From: a virus
Taxonomy: Duplodnaviria > Heunggongvirae > Uroviricota > Caudoviricetes
IMG/VR virus record: IMGVR_UViG_2802429220_000015
Reading direction: 5' to 3' (one strand)
DNA: 32,883 nt
The notes under the pieces are model-generated. The model was not told the origin of the DNA, ran no database searches, and saw only the letters and a list, made by a program, of their open reading frames with translations. How positions within the stretch are numbered: position 1 is the first letter of the stretch; every line of letters starts with the position of its first letter. Made by a program: the position numbers and the translations under genes. Below, one piece after another: positions 24,502-32,883 of this stretch.

Positions 24502-26731
24502 TTTCAAAGTTGGCATGACCCTGACTGCGAAGGACGAAGCCTCGCAGGTTCTGGAAAAGGGACAAAAACAGGTTATCAAAGCCACCGAAGGTGTAACAAA
24601 GGCAACACGGAAGGCAGGCGCAGAGCAGAAGCGTACCGAGCAGGAAAGCATTAACAGCACGAAAAAGGCCGCAAAAGAGATACAGCGTGCCGCCCGTGCC
24701 CGGGAAACGCTCGGTATTCGTGCAGAACGTGAAATCCGGCGTGAAATTTATCAGACAGTTGCCAGCTATAACCGTCTGGCCCGCGCCGGTTTTGAATCTG
24801 CGCAGGAGCAGGAGCGCGCCATGCAGGCCGCCCGGGAAAAAGCCCGGGCACTCAAGCGTGAACTGGATGGCGTCACTCAGGCTCAGATGAAGATGGCGAA
24901 AACACCTGTTATCCCGGAGCCGGGGCGTTTTGCACGTGCGGCAGCATTTGGCGGGAATGCCGTGACAATAGGTGGTGGTATCGCGGCAGGTGCTGCCATT
25001 ATGGCGCAGCCGGTCAAAAAGCAGATGAGCTACGAACGCCAGCTGGCAATGATGGCCAATACCGCCTTCAGTGATGGCGGACTGGAGGGGCGCAAAGCCG
25101 GTCTTGAGCAGATGAAAAGCAGCATCCGTAACGCGGTGACCTATGGTGGCGGCACAAAAGAGGATGCAGCCGAAACACTGGATGCCCTGCTGAAAGATGG
25201 CGGTATTTCATTTGACACAGCCAGCAAGTGGCTGCCTGAACTGATGAAATACGCCACGGCTTCCGGTGCATCAGCGACAGACCTGGCTAATGTGATGCTT
25301 AAGGGCAAAAAGACTTTTGGATTCAGGGATGAAGATATTTCCACCGTTCTGAATATGGCAATTGCAGCGGGCAAAGAAGGCAGCTTTGAACTGAGCGACA
25401 TGGCCCGATGGTTATCTTCGCAACTGGGGTCAGCGTCAGCTGCGGGGATGAAAGGCAAAGATGATTTCGTCAAGATTCTGGCACTGAATGAAGCTGCTGC
25501 CATCACGGCGGGAAGCAGTGATGAGGCCGGAAATAACGTGTTTAACCTGCTGGCTAAACTGACCAGCCACGATATTGAAACAGCGGCAAAGAGCATTGAT
25601 TACAACGGTAAAGGAATTGATTTTTCCGGTACGCTGGTTCAGGCGCGCGAGCATGGGCTTGATCCGATAGATGCGCTGTCCAGCCTGATAGACAAAATCG
25701 TTGCCAGCGATAAACGCTTTCAGGAGTTGCAAAAGAAACTGGCCTCCGCCCGGGATAAAGGTGAGCAGACGGCTGTTTACGATTCGATGGCAAAACTCCT
25801 TGAAGGCTTTGGTGTCGGGAAACTGGTTGCAGACCAACAGGCGTTAAAAGCGTTGCTGGCTTACCGTAACAACCCTGAATACCGCAAGAAGGTTGAAGAT
25901 GCGGTTAATCAGCAGCGCACCCTGCCGGAAGGTCAGCGCGCGGGTGATGTGGATTTTAACTTCATATCCGGCCTCAATGACTTTAAAACCGAACAGGCTA
26001 AAAACACGCTTGAATTTTCACAAATGGATGGTGTGAAAAAACTGGCTGATGCATCCGGGACTGTGGCCGATGCCATAAGCTGGGCGGGTGAAAAATTTCC
26101 GGGGCTGACCACAGCAGTGGTGACAGCTACCACAGCCATTAAAGCGATGACAGCAGCGGCCGTCACGTTTGCGGGGCTGAAACTTATTACCGGTAATCCA
26201 GTGTCCGGAGGAGCAGATAAGCCCGATGATACTGGGGATACTGCATCCAAAGTTAAAGATATCAGTGAAGTCGCTTCCGGCAATCAGGGACGTCTGGGAA
26301 AAATAATGGGCGCTGCCGGAAAAATTGCAACCATTTACGCAGGCTATGAGGCCGCAGAAGAACTTTATGGGGCTGTTGTTGGCGATACCATCAAGAACTT
26401 TACAGATAATCATGGTTTGTTTTTTGCAGACGATGGCTCCTTGTTCTTTACCCGTGAAGGAATGCTTAAACGGGATAATGAGCTGAAAGCCGCAGCTGAT
26501 GCTCTGCCATCACCGGAGCAGGTGAACACAGCCGCCGGAAACACAACGCCTGAATCAGCATCAAAGCAACCCGGACGCATCACCCAGCCGGAATACCTCA
26601 CGCACTGGGGACCACCTGCCAGCCCCATTAATTTCACCACACAACTGGTGCTCGATGGTCAGGTCGTGGCGGAGGCAGTGAACAAATACAACCTTCAGGA
26701 CGGCAACAGAGGCACGGGAGGAACTTACTGA
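24491..26731 (+). CDS. Tail tape measure protein
   Basis: 746-aa Ala/Gly-rich product with long helical regions; position after the chaperone. Confidence 0.9.
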   Translation: MAGNFKVGMTLTAKDEASQVLEKGQKQVIKATEGVTKATRKAGAEQKRTEQESINSTKKAAKEIQRAARARETLGIRAEREIRREIYQTVASYNRLARAGFESAQEQERAMQAAREKARALKRELDGVTQAQMKMAKTPVIPEPGRFARAAAFGGNAVTIGGGIAAGAAIMAQPVKKQMSYERQLAMMANTAFSDGGLEGRKAGLEQMKSSIRNAVTYGGGTKEDAAETLDALLKDGGISFDTASKWLPELMKYATASGASATDLANVMLKGKKTFGFRDEDISTVLNMAIAAGKEGSFELSDMARWLSSQLGSASAAGMKGKDDFVKILALNEAAAITAGSSDEAGNNVFNLLAKLTSHDIETAAKSIDYNGKGIDFSGTLVQAREHGLDPIDALSSLIDKIVASDKRFQELQKKLASARDKGEQTAVYDSMAKLLEGFGVGKLVADQQALKALLAYRNNPEYRKKVEDAVNQQRTLPEGQRAGDVDFNFISGLNDFKTEQAKNTLEFSQMDGVKKLADASGTVADAISWAGEKFPGLTTAVVTATTAIKAMTAAAVTFAGLKLITGNPVSGGADKPDDTGDTASKVKDISEVASGNQGRLGKIMGAAGKIATIYAGYEAAEELYGAVVGDTIKNFTDNHGLFFADDGSLFFTREGMLKRDNELKAAADALPSPEQVNTAAGNTTPESASKQPGRITQPEYLTHWGPPASPINFTTQLVLDGQVVAEAVNKYNLQDGNRGTGGTY

Positions 26732-28080
26732 TGGGCTGGGCTGAAAACCTGCAAAACGCCTCCTTTCGTGGCGTGCAGTTTGATGTACTGAACACGGATG
26801 AACAAATCAGCCGCGACCATGCGGTCTATGAATACCCGTTTGTTGACGGGGCGGATTTGCACGACCTCGGACGCAAGGCGCGACCGTTCCGCATGACGGC
26901 GTTCCTGTGGGGGGAGTATTACGAATATAAACTTGAAAAGCTGATCGCCGCCCTGGATAAAGGCGGTGATGGTGAGCTGATTCACCCGGTTTACGGCTCC
27001 GTACCGTCGGTGATTGTGACCGGCTACAGCATCCGCCATGACGCAGAAAGCCCGGACAGCTGCACCATCGACATGAGTTTTCTGGAGAACCGCACCGGCA
27101 GCGCGTTGTTCAGCACCCCGTTACCGGAGCTGTTTGCACAGAAGTTATTTGAAGAACTGGATAAGTTACTGGCACAGTTAAGCGAATTATTTGACGCTGT
27201 TACGGCCCCTTTAAAGACCATTAACAGCGTGATTAAAAAAATCCAGACGGTGCGTGCCACGCTGGTGAATACCCTGCTGACATTCAAAAGCGATTTTCTC
27301 TCATCCATCGACAATATGATGTCACTGGCCAGCGAACCCGGAAAGTTCATCGGCGGGCTGGCAGAGGTGCTGGAAATCCACACGTCAGATGTCGGGCACG
27401 CGGTGCCGGTGCTGGAGCGTACTGATTCCGCCACCACGACCGGACTGACCGGGGAAGACAGCGTCGCCAGTTCTGCGACAGTGATGACCTGCTGGAATGA
27501 GGTGATGGCAGATATGGATGAGCTGGTCGCACTGCCGGTCGCACTGGTCAGCGGTGATAAAACGCCGTCTGTGGCACTTCCGCCGGATGCGTCCGTGGAA
27601 GACGTGCAGGACGTGAAAGCGGCATATGCGGTTCTGGCAGCCTCAGAGCTGGCCAGCGTGGCGACGGCGATACTGTCAGATGAGGCCCAGTCAGAGCAGC
27701 TTATACCGGCGGATATCGGGCGACTGGTCGGGGATGTGCGCACCCGCTTACAGGCAGCCATCACGCTGTTCCGTGAACGCTATGAAGGCGAACGCGAACG
27801 GATAACCGAAACCGCATCACCGCTGGGGCTGATGTACCCGGAAATCATTCAGAGCATGAAGAACGTGGCGGCATCCGTGCAGGATGTCGGCCTGCTGGTT
27901 CTGTCTCGCCGCCCACCGCTGACGCAGAAACAGGTGCAGGCGGACAGCTGTCTGCTGTTGCTGGCGTGGCAGTGGTACGGCGATTACAGCCGTGCGGCAG
28001 AGCTGCAACGTCTGAACCCGCAGCTGCGTGACCCGAACAACATAACCGCCGGGATGGTGATTAATGCCTATGCAAAATAA
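26731..28080 (+). CDS. DNA circularisation protein (Mu N-like)
   Basis: 449-aa product following the tape measure gene; N-terminal region matches my recollection of Mu N. Confidence 0.82.
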   Translation: MGWAENLQNASFRGVQFDVLNTDEQISRDHAVYEYPFVDGADLHDLGRKARPFRMTAFLWGEYYEYKLEKLIAALDKGGDGELIHPVYGSVPSVIVTGYSIRHDAESPDSCTIDMSFLENRTGSALFSTPLPELFAQKLFEELDKLLAQLSELFDAVTAPLKTINSVIKKIQTVRATLVNTLLTFKSDFLSSIDNMMSLASEPGKFIGGLAEVLEIHTSDVGHAVPVLERTDSATTTGLTGEDSVASSATVMTCWNEVMADMDELVALPVALVSGDKTPSVALPPDASVEDVQDVKAAYAVLAASELASVATAILSDEAQSEQLIPADIGRLVGDVRTRLQAAITLFRERYEGERERITETASPLGLMYPEIIQSMKNVAASVQDVGLLVLSRRPPLTQKQVQADSCLLLLAWQWYGDYSRAAELQRLNPQLRDPNNITAGMVINAYAK

Positions 28081-29275
28081 CGACGACAAAATCAGCCTGG
28101 TCATTGCCGGAAGGTCGCATTCTGACTGGAGCAGTTATCGTATTGACAGCGATTTCCTGAAAGCCGCCGACGGCTGGCAGCTTCAGCTGGGACTGCCTGA
28201 AAAGGTGTTCCCGGCGGATATCGTCCGGGGTGCGCCGGTCCGTTTGCAGGTGGGAGACGAGACGGTCCTCAGTGGTCGCGTGGACAGCGTGCGCCGCAGT
28301 GTATCCCGTCAGAGCTGCACGCTGACCCTGTCCGGGCGTGATGATGCCGCCATCCTGGTGGACTGTGCCGCACCGGTGTTCAGCGCCAACCAGCTGACAC
28401 TGGACGAGGTCATCGACAGGATAGTCAGACCGCTGGGGATACAGCGCATCCGTATTCAGGCGTCCGGTGTGTCACGTAATGACAAGGTCGTTATAGAGCC
28501 GGGGATGCGTGCGTGGGATGCACTGGCTAAAGCTGCCGCCGGTCGCGGCTTATGGCCGTGGTTTGAGCCTGACGGGACGCTGGTTGTGGGTGGCCCTGAC
28601 TACACCACCACGCCGGTGGACACGCTGATTATGAAGCTGGACGGCACCGGGAACAACGTGATGGAGCTGGACGATACCCGGTCCATTAACGGCTGTTTCT
28701 CCGAGCTGACGGTGCTGGCCCAGAGCCACGCCCGCCGCGCAGACAGCAAGAAACAACTGGCCGTGGTGCCGCTGGATATCTGGAACAAGGACGGCAGCGT
28801 GCGCACATTATCCGGGCAGGACAGCGGTAATACGGACAATGGTCAGACAGGCATTCATAACATGAAAGCCGTGGCCACCGACCCCACCGTGGATTATTAC
28901 CGCCCGCAGATAATCACCCAGGGCGACACCAGTAACATGGAGCAGGTGAACTGGCGCGCCAAAAAAATGATGAGTGATGCCCGCCTGTCGGGGCTGAATA
29001 TCGTCGCACTGGTTGCAGGTTATCGCACGACGGACGGTGTCCTGTGGCAGCCCGGCCAGCGTGTGCGAATTGTCAGCGAACCCCACGGCATTGATTCCAT
29101 CTTTTTCCTGATGGGGCGTGAGTTCAGCGGAGGCCGGAGCGGGCAGACAACCCGGCTCCGCTTTAAGGAGGATGGCGTGTGGATACCAGATGCCTTCCCG
29201 CGCGAGAAGAAACGCCATCACCGCAGGGGCAAAAAGAAAAAAGAGGTCGCCATTGTTAAGGTCTGGGAGAAATGA
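28064..29275 (+). CDS. Tail/baseplate hub protein (Mu P-like, P2 gpD-like)
   Basis: 403-aa product; position and size. Confidence 0.82.
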   Translation: MPMQNNDDKISLVIAGRSHSDWSSYRIDSDFLKAADGWQLQLGLPEKVFPADIVRGAPVRLQVGDETVLSGRVDSVRRSVSRQSCTLTLSGRDDAAILVDCAAPVFSANQLTLDEVIDRIVRPLGIQRIRIQASGVSRNDKVVIEPGMRAWDALAKAAAGRGLWPWFEPDGTLVVGGPDYTTTPVDTLIMKLDGTGNNVMELDDTRSINGCFSELTVLAQSHARRADSKKQLAVVPLDIWNKDGSVRTLSGQDSGNTDNGQTGIHNMKAVATDPTVDYYRPQIITQGDTSNMEQVNWRAKKMMSDARLSGLNIVALVAGYRTTDGVLWQPGQRVRIVSEPHGIDSIFFLMGREFSGGRSGQTTRLRFKEDGVWIPDAFPREKKRHHRRGKKKKEVAIVKVWEK

Positions 29276-29928
29276 TGTGGGACAAGGTTAATCAGCGCAT
29301 ACAGCAGGCACTGGCCGCCGTTCGCCAGGCATTCAGGGTGGTGACCGGTACGGTGGACAGTTCGACCAAAGTACAGTTGCTTCAGCTGAACGGGCTGGCA
29401 GGCGAACAGCTGGACGGTGCGGAGTATTTTCAACATTACGGCCTCACCACATCCCCGCCGCCCGGCTCGATGGGTATTGCCGTTCCGCTGAATGGTAATA
29501 CCTCCCATACCGTCGTCGTGGCCACAGAGCACGGCGCATATCGCCTGACGGAACTGAAACCCGGGGAAGTGGCCCTGTATACCGACGAAGGCGCGAAAAT
29601 TGTGCTGAAGCGCGGACGTGTGATTGAAACGGAGTGTGATATTTACCGGGTGAAATGTAATTCGTTTGAAGTTGAAGCAAAGGACAGCGCTGGTTTTATT
29701 ACTCCCCAACTTACCGCAAGTGAGCAATTAATTGCTGAAGGGAAAATATCCGGTAATGGGGGTATGGCCATTAAAGGCGGCAAAGGAAAATATACTGCCA
29801 CCTTTGAAGGCAATATCAACCACACAAGCGGTGTGATTACCTCCGTTGACGTCACCATTAATGGCGTTAAAATCGGAACGCACAAACACCCGACCCCACA
29901 CGGCATGTCTGACACGCCGGTTAATTAA
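29272..29928 (+). CDS. Baseplate central spike/assembly protein (Mu gp45-like, P2 gpV-like)
   Basis: 218-aa product; ATGA overlap with the P gene. Confidence 0.78.
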   Translation: MMWDKVNQRIQQALAAVRQAFRVVTGTVDSSTKVQLLQLNGLAGEQLDGAEYFQHYGLTTSPPPGSMGIAVPLNGNTSHTVVVATEHGAYRLTELKPGEVALYTDEGAKIVLKRGRVIETECDIYRVKCNSFEVEAKDSAGFITPQLTASEQLIAEGKISGNGGMAIKGGKGKYTATFEGNINHTSGVITSVDVTINGVKIGTHKHPTPHGMSDTPVN

Positions 29929-29929
29929 G

Positions 29930-29944
29930 TGCTGAACACCCTCA
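29930..29944 (+). promoter_or_regulatory. Repeated 15-bp motif GTGCTGAACACCCTC, copy upstream of the gp46-like gene
   Basis: Exact copy of 18010..18024, in the 53-bp gap between the gp45-like and gp46-like genes, 37 bp before the ATG. Confidence 0.5.
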
Positions 29945-29981
29945 CCTGATTCTGACCTGTCCATGCTGCCAGACTGGCGGC

Positions 29982-30332
29982 ATGGACCAGACGATTTCAC
30001 CTGCAACCGGCGACTACGAACGCCGCCGGATTTATACACTCCATAACGCGGTTTATCTGCGACTGGCGACACCGCTTGGCAGTTACTGGGCGGATGCGTC
30101 GCTGGGGTCACGCCTGCACGAACTGAAGCGGGAAAAAGACGTTTCCCGTGTTCACAGGCTGGCGGCGCAGTATGCCAGCCAGGCACTTCAGCCCCTGCTT
30201 GATGACGGGCGGGCAAAATCCATTACCGTTGACACGAAAGCGGGCCAGCGAGGCTGGCTGTTGCTGTTAATCACCGTCACGGATAACGCGGGCACACCGC
30301 AGACGTTTGAACACCCTGTGAGGATTATGTAA
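29982..30332 (+). CDS. Baseplate protein (Mu gp46-like)
   Basis: 116-aa product; position in the baseplate gene block. Confidence 0.7.
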   Translation: MDQTISPATGDYERRRIYTLHNAVYLRLATPLGSYWADASLGSRLHELKREKDVSRVHRLAAQYASQALQPLLDDGRAKSITVDTKAGQRGWLLLLITVTDNAGTPQTFEHPVRIM

Positions 30333-31411
30333 TGCCGTTTCCTGTTCCGGGCGTTGCTGAAAACACAGAACGCCAGCTACGTGATATCGCTAACGCCCTG
30401 CCGGGAGAAACCATCGACACCGGCGCTGACAGCGATTACCGCATTCGAGCAAATGCCGTATCCGGCGTGGCGGACGGACTTTATATGCATCAGGGATGGA
30501 TCCTCCGTCAGGTGTTTCCTGACACGGCAGACCCTGAATATCTGGAGCTGCACTGCCGTACGCGCAATGTTTTTCGTAAAAAAGCAACGGCCTCATCCGG
30601 TCCGGTAGTGATTACCGGCACACCCGGTAAGACGCTGCCAGCCGGTGCGGAAATTCGTGGTGAAGGTGTCAGCGTGGCCACCACAGCAGACTGCACCATC
30701 GGTGATGAAGGCAGCGCAGAGGTGACGGTAAAAAGCACCGCCACGGGTGTACAGACGAACGCATCCGCAACGCAGACGGCAACGCTGGTCAGCCCGCCGG
30801 AAGGCATCAACAGCACGGTGACGATTAAATCCCTGACCGGTGGAACGGACAGGGAAAGTGACACCGACCTGCTGGCGCGTTATCTGGATATCCTGCGCAG
30901 GCCGCCCGCTGGCGGTAACAAATATGATTACAAACGCTGGGCGCTGGAAGTGGATGGCGTTACCTCAGCATATGTGGAGCCGTTACGTCGTGGGTTGGGG
31001 ACGGTTGATGTGGCCATTACGTCAGCCAATGACCTCCCTTCGCAGGAACTGATTAATGCCGTGCTGGCACATATTGAGGAAGTCCGCCCGGTCACAGCGA
31101 AGGACACAATGGTACTGGCCCCGACGAAAAAAGCCGTTGATTTCGTTGTTCGGGTAAAAACCAGCGGCCTGACCGTTGAGCAGATAAAACCGCAGATAAC
31201 TGACGTTATCACGGATTTTATGAACCGGCTGGAGCCGGGGCAGGAATTAATAATTTCACAACTGGAAACCCAGATTTCATTAATTTCCGGTGTCAGTGAC
31301 CGGCGAATCATTACGCCAGCAGACAACGTAAAAGCCATTATTAACGCGTCAACGTGGGAATGGCTGCGCCCGGGAAATATTGATATTCAGTATTTTCCAC
31401 GTGAGGGGTGA
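30332..31411 (+). CDS. Baseplate J-like protein (Mu gp47-like)
   Basis: 359-aa product; size and order. Confidence 0.82.
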   Translation: MPFPVPGVAENTERQLRDIANALPGETIDTGADSDYRIRANAVSGVADGLYMHQGWILRQVFPDTADPEYLELHCRTRNVFRKKATASSGPVVITGTPGKTLPAGAEIRGEGVSVATTADCTIGDEGSAEVTVKSTATGVQTNASATQTATLVSPPEGINSTVTIKSLTGGTDRESDTDLLARYLDILRRPPAGGNKYDYKRWALEVDGVTSAYVEPLRRGLGTVDVAITSANDLPSQELINAVLAHIEEVRPVTAKDTMVLAPTKKAVDFVVRVKTSGLTVEQIKPQITDVITDFMNRLEPGQELIISQLETQISLISGVSDRRIITPADNVKAIINASTWEWLRPGNIDIQYFPREG

Positions 31412-31415
31412 TTTT

Positions 31416-31988
31416 ATGAATATGGTCGATTTATTTCGCGCCATGCTGCCACCTGTCAGTTATGACCTGAACGGGAAATATATTTCCGCAGAACTGACAG
31501 CCGAGGCTGACGTCATGGAGGCCGTGAAGGCCTCAGCGGCGCGCGTTCTGGCACAAATCACCCCGTTGCAGGCATCGATGACGCTGTCCGACTGGGAGCG
31601 CGTGTACAGTGTTGTCCCCCGTGAAGAGGCAACACAACAGGAGCGGCGGCAGAACATTCTGGTAAAAATGGCAGCCACTGGCGGACTGTCAATCCCTTAC
31701 TTTAAGAGCCTTGCCGCCAGTCTGGGCTATACCATCACCATTACGGAGCCGCGACCGTTCCGGGTGGGGATAAACCGCTGCGGCGACCGTCTGCTGATAC
31801 CGGAAATCCGCTGGGCGTGGCAGGTCAACGTTATCGGGACAAAAACACCGGTCTACCGGTTCAGAACGGGCGCATCGGCAACCGGCGAACCTCTGACGGC
31901 CTTTGGTGAATCCATTTTAGAAAACACGTTTAAAGACCTTAAACCGGCTTTTACAGACTGTTATTTTACGTATGAGGTGGAGGAATAA
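31416..31988 (+). CDS. Tail protein (Mu gp48-like, P2 gpI-like)
   Basis: Start at the internal ATG (MNMVDLF...) with GAGGGGTG upstream; track ORF begins at 31380. Confidence 0.7.
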   Translation: MNMVDLFRAMLPPVSYDLNGKYISAELTAEADVMEAVKASAARVLAQITPLQASMTLSDWERVYSVVPREEATQQERRQNILVKMAATGGLSIPYFKSLAASLGYTITITEPRPFRVGINRCGDRLLIPEIRWAWQVNVIGTKTPVYRFRTGASATGEPLTAFGESILENTFKDLKPAFTDCYFTYEVEE

Positions 31989-32791
31989 TGCAGAATTTAA
32001 TGCCCCCGGTGAATACGCCGGATAAGTTATTTCATGATGGTGACCCGACTCAGGGAATTGAGGGAACCATCGTTACTGCTGAATTTATGAATAATCATCA
32101 GGCAGCAACGCGTGATTTGCAGCAGGAGGTGATTAACGTCCTTAAAGAGGCTGGCGTCACCCCTGACCCGGAAAAACAAAACCAGCTGGTTGAGGCGCTG
32201 ACCTCGTTTATTGGTCAGAAAGTCCCGGATGCATCACTGACGCAAAAAGGCGTGGTGCAGCTTAACAGTGCTGTTAACAGTGAATCAGAAACAGAAGCTG
32301 CCACACCAAAAGCGGTCAAAATTGCGATAGATAACGCAAACGCCAGACTGGCAAAAGACCGTAACGGCGCAGACATCCCGAATAAACAGTTGTTTCTGGA
32401 TAACATCAGCGGTGTGCCAAAAGCACGCAAGGTCAACGGTATGGCCCTGACTTCGGATATCACCATCAGCAGCATCAGCGGCAACGCCGGAACAGCAACC
32501 CGCCTTCAGAACGCCCGCAGAATCAACAATGTGCTGTTTGATGGCTCCAGCGATATCACAATCACCAGTACCGATTCTGGTGCTGTGCGTAATTTCCAGT
32601 ATACCAACGAGGTGTTTCATAATCCCGGCGGTACTGAAATTACATGGACATTCCGGGCACCTTCCGGCTGTCAGTTGTCAGGCATTTATGTCCAGGAAAC
32701 GGGAGATAATACAGCAGACAATATCGGTGGTGTGTATTACAAATCCGCGCAGATTTATATCAATGGCTCATGGCGCACCGTATCCGGTTAA
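31988..32791 (+). CDS. Tail fibre protein (short)
   Basis: 267-aa product; N-terminal region with KGVVQLNSAVNSESETEAATPKAVKIAIDNAN, a motif I recognise from phage tail fibre N-terminal domains. Confidence 0.75.
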   Translation: MQNLMPPVNTPDKLFHDGDPTQGIEGTIVTAEFMNNHQAATRDLQQEVINVLKEAGVTPDPEKQNQLVEALTSFIGQKVPDASLTQKGVVQLNSAVNSESETEAATPKAVKIAIDNANARLAKDRNGADIPNKQLFLDNISGVPKARKVNGMALTSDITISSISGNAGTATRLQNARRINNVLFDGSSDITITSTDSGAVRNFQYTNEVFHNPGGTEITWTFRAPSGCQLSGIYVQETGDNTADNIGGVYYKSAQIYINGSWRTVSG

Positions 32792-32805
32792 TTAAGGAGA
32801 AAATA

Positions 32806-32883
32806 ATGGAACTCAGAAACGTCAGTAAGCGACTCGTCAGAACCGTATTGATATTTACTGAGAGCTCAGATCAACTTTCCAGG
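32806..32883 (+). CDS. Start of next tail gene, truncated by the window edge
   Basis: ATG preceded by TAAGGAGA; 26 codons (MELRNVSKRLVRTVLIFTESSDQLS...) run to the window end. Confidence 0.4.
   Translation, partial: MELRNVSKRLVRTVLIFTESSDQLSR

Noticed and set aside
27024-27764. 246-aa ORF on the minus strand
   Set aside because: Antisense to the DNA circularisation gene; Ser/Ala-rich low-complexity translation; no independent support.
31988-32883. Gin/Hin-type invertible tail-fibre segment as in Mu
   Set aside because: The tail fibre gene is short and complete, and I saw no recombinase gene or recognisable gix-like crossover sites in the window; the region downstream is outside the window, so this is not excluded.
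1-32883. CRISPR arrays, tRNA or rRNA genes, additional IS elements
   Set aside because: No regularly spaced direct repeats, no cloverleaf-like or rRNA-like sequence, and no transposase other than the MuA-like gene were seen.

Overview
This window is the interior of a Mu-like transposable prophage, from the repressor gene to the tail-fibre genes; neither prophage end (attL/attR) is inside it. All calls come from reading the ORF translations and the DNA by eye; no searches were run, and coordinates of short motifs may be off by 1-2 nt. Gene order matches phage Mu: a leftward repressor (1..648), a divergent operator region, then rightward ner, the MuA-like DDE transposase, the MuB-like ATPase, about 15 small early genes, GemA-like and Mor-like regulators, a lysis cassette, terminase, portal, F, G, protease/scaffold, major head, gp36/37/38-like proteins, sheath, tube, chaperone, tape measure, N, P and gp45-48-like baseplate proteins and a tail fibre. 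Only the repressor is on the minus strand; the other long minus-strand ORFs in the track lie inside plus-strand genes and look like GC-rich artefacts. No tRNA, rRNA or CRISPR array was seen. The most interesting candidates are (i) an AT-rich two-gene cassette in the early region (5630..6633) whose genes, and the next one, are each preceded by a conserved stem-loop ending in CGCCTGAATC; (ii) an AT-rich secreted-protein moron with its own terminator between gemA and mor; (iii) the G-I intergenic region, which combines phased A/T tracts with a 15-bp motif repeated exactly upstream of the baseplate gene block; (iv) a gp37-like gene whose conserved-looking N-terminus has no canonical start codon.
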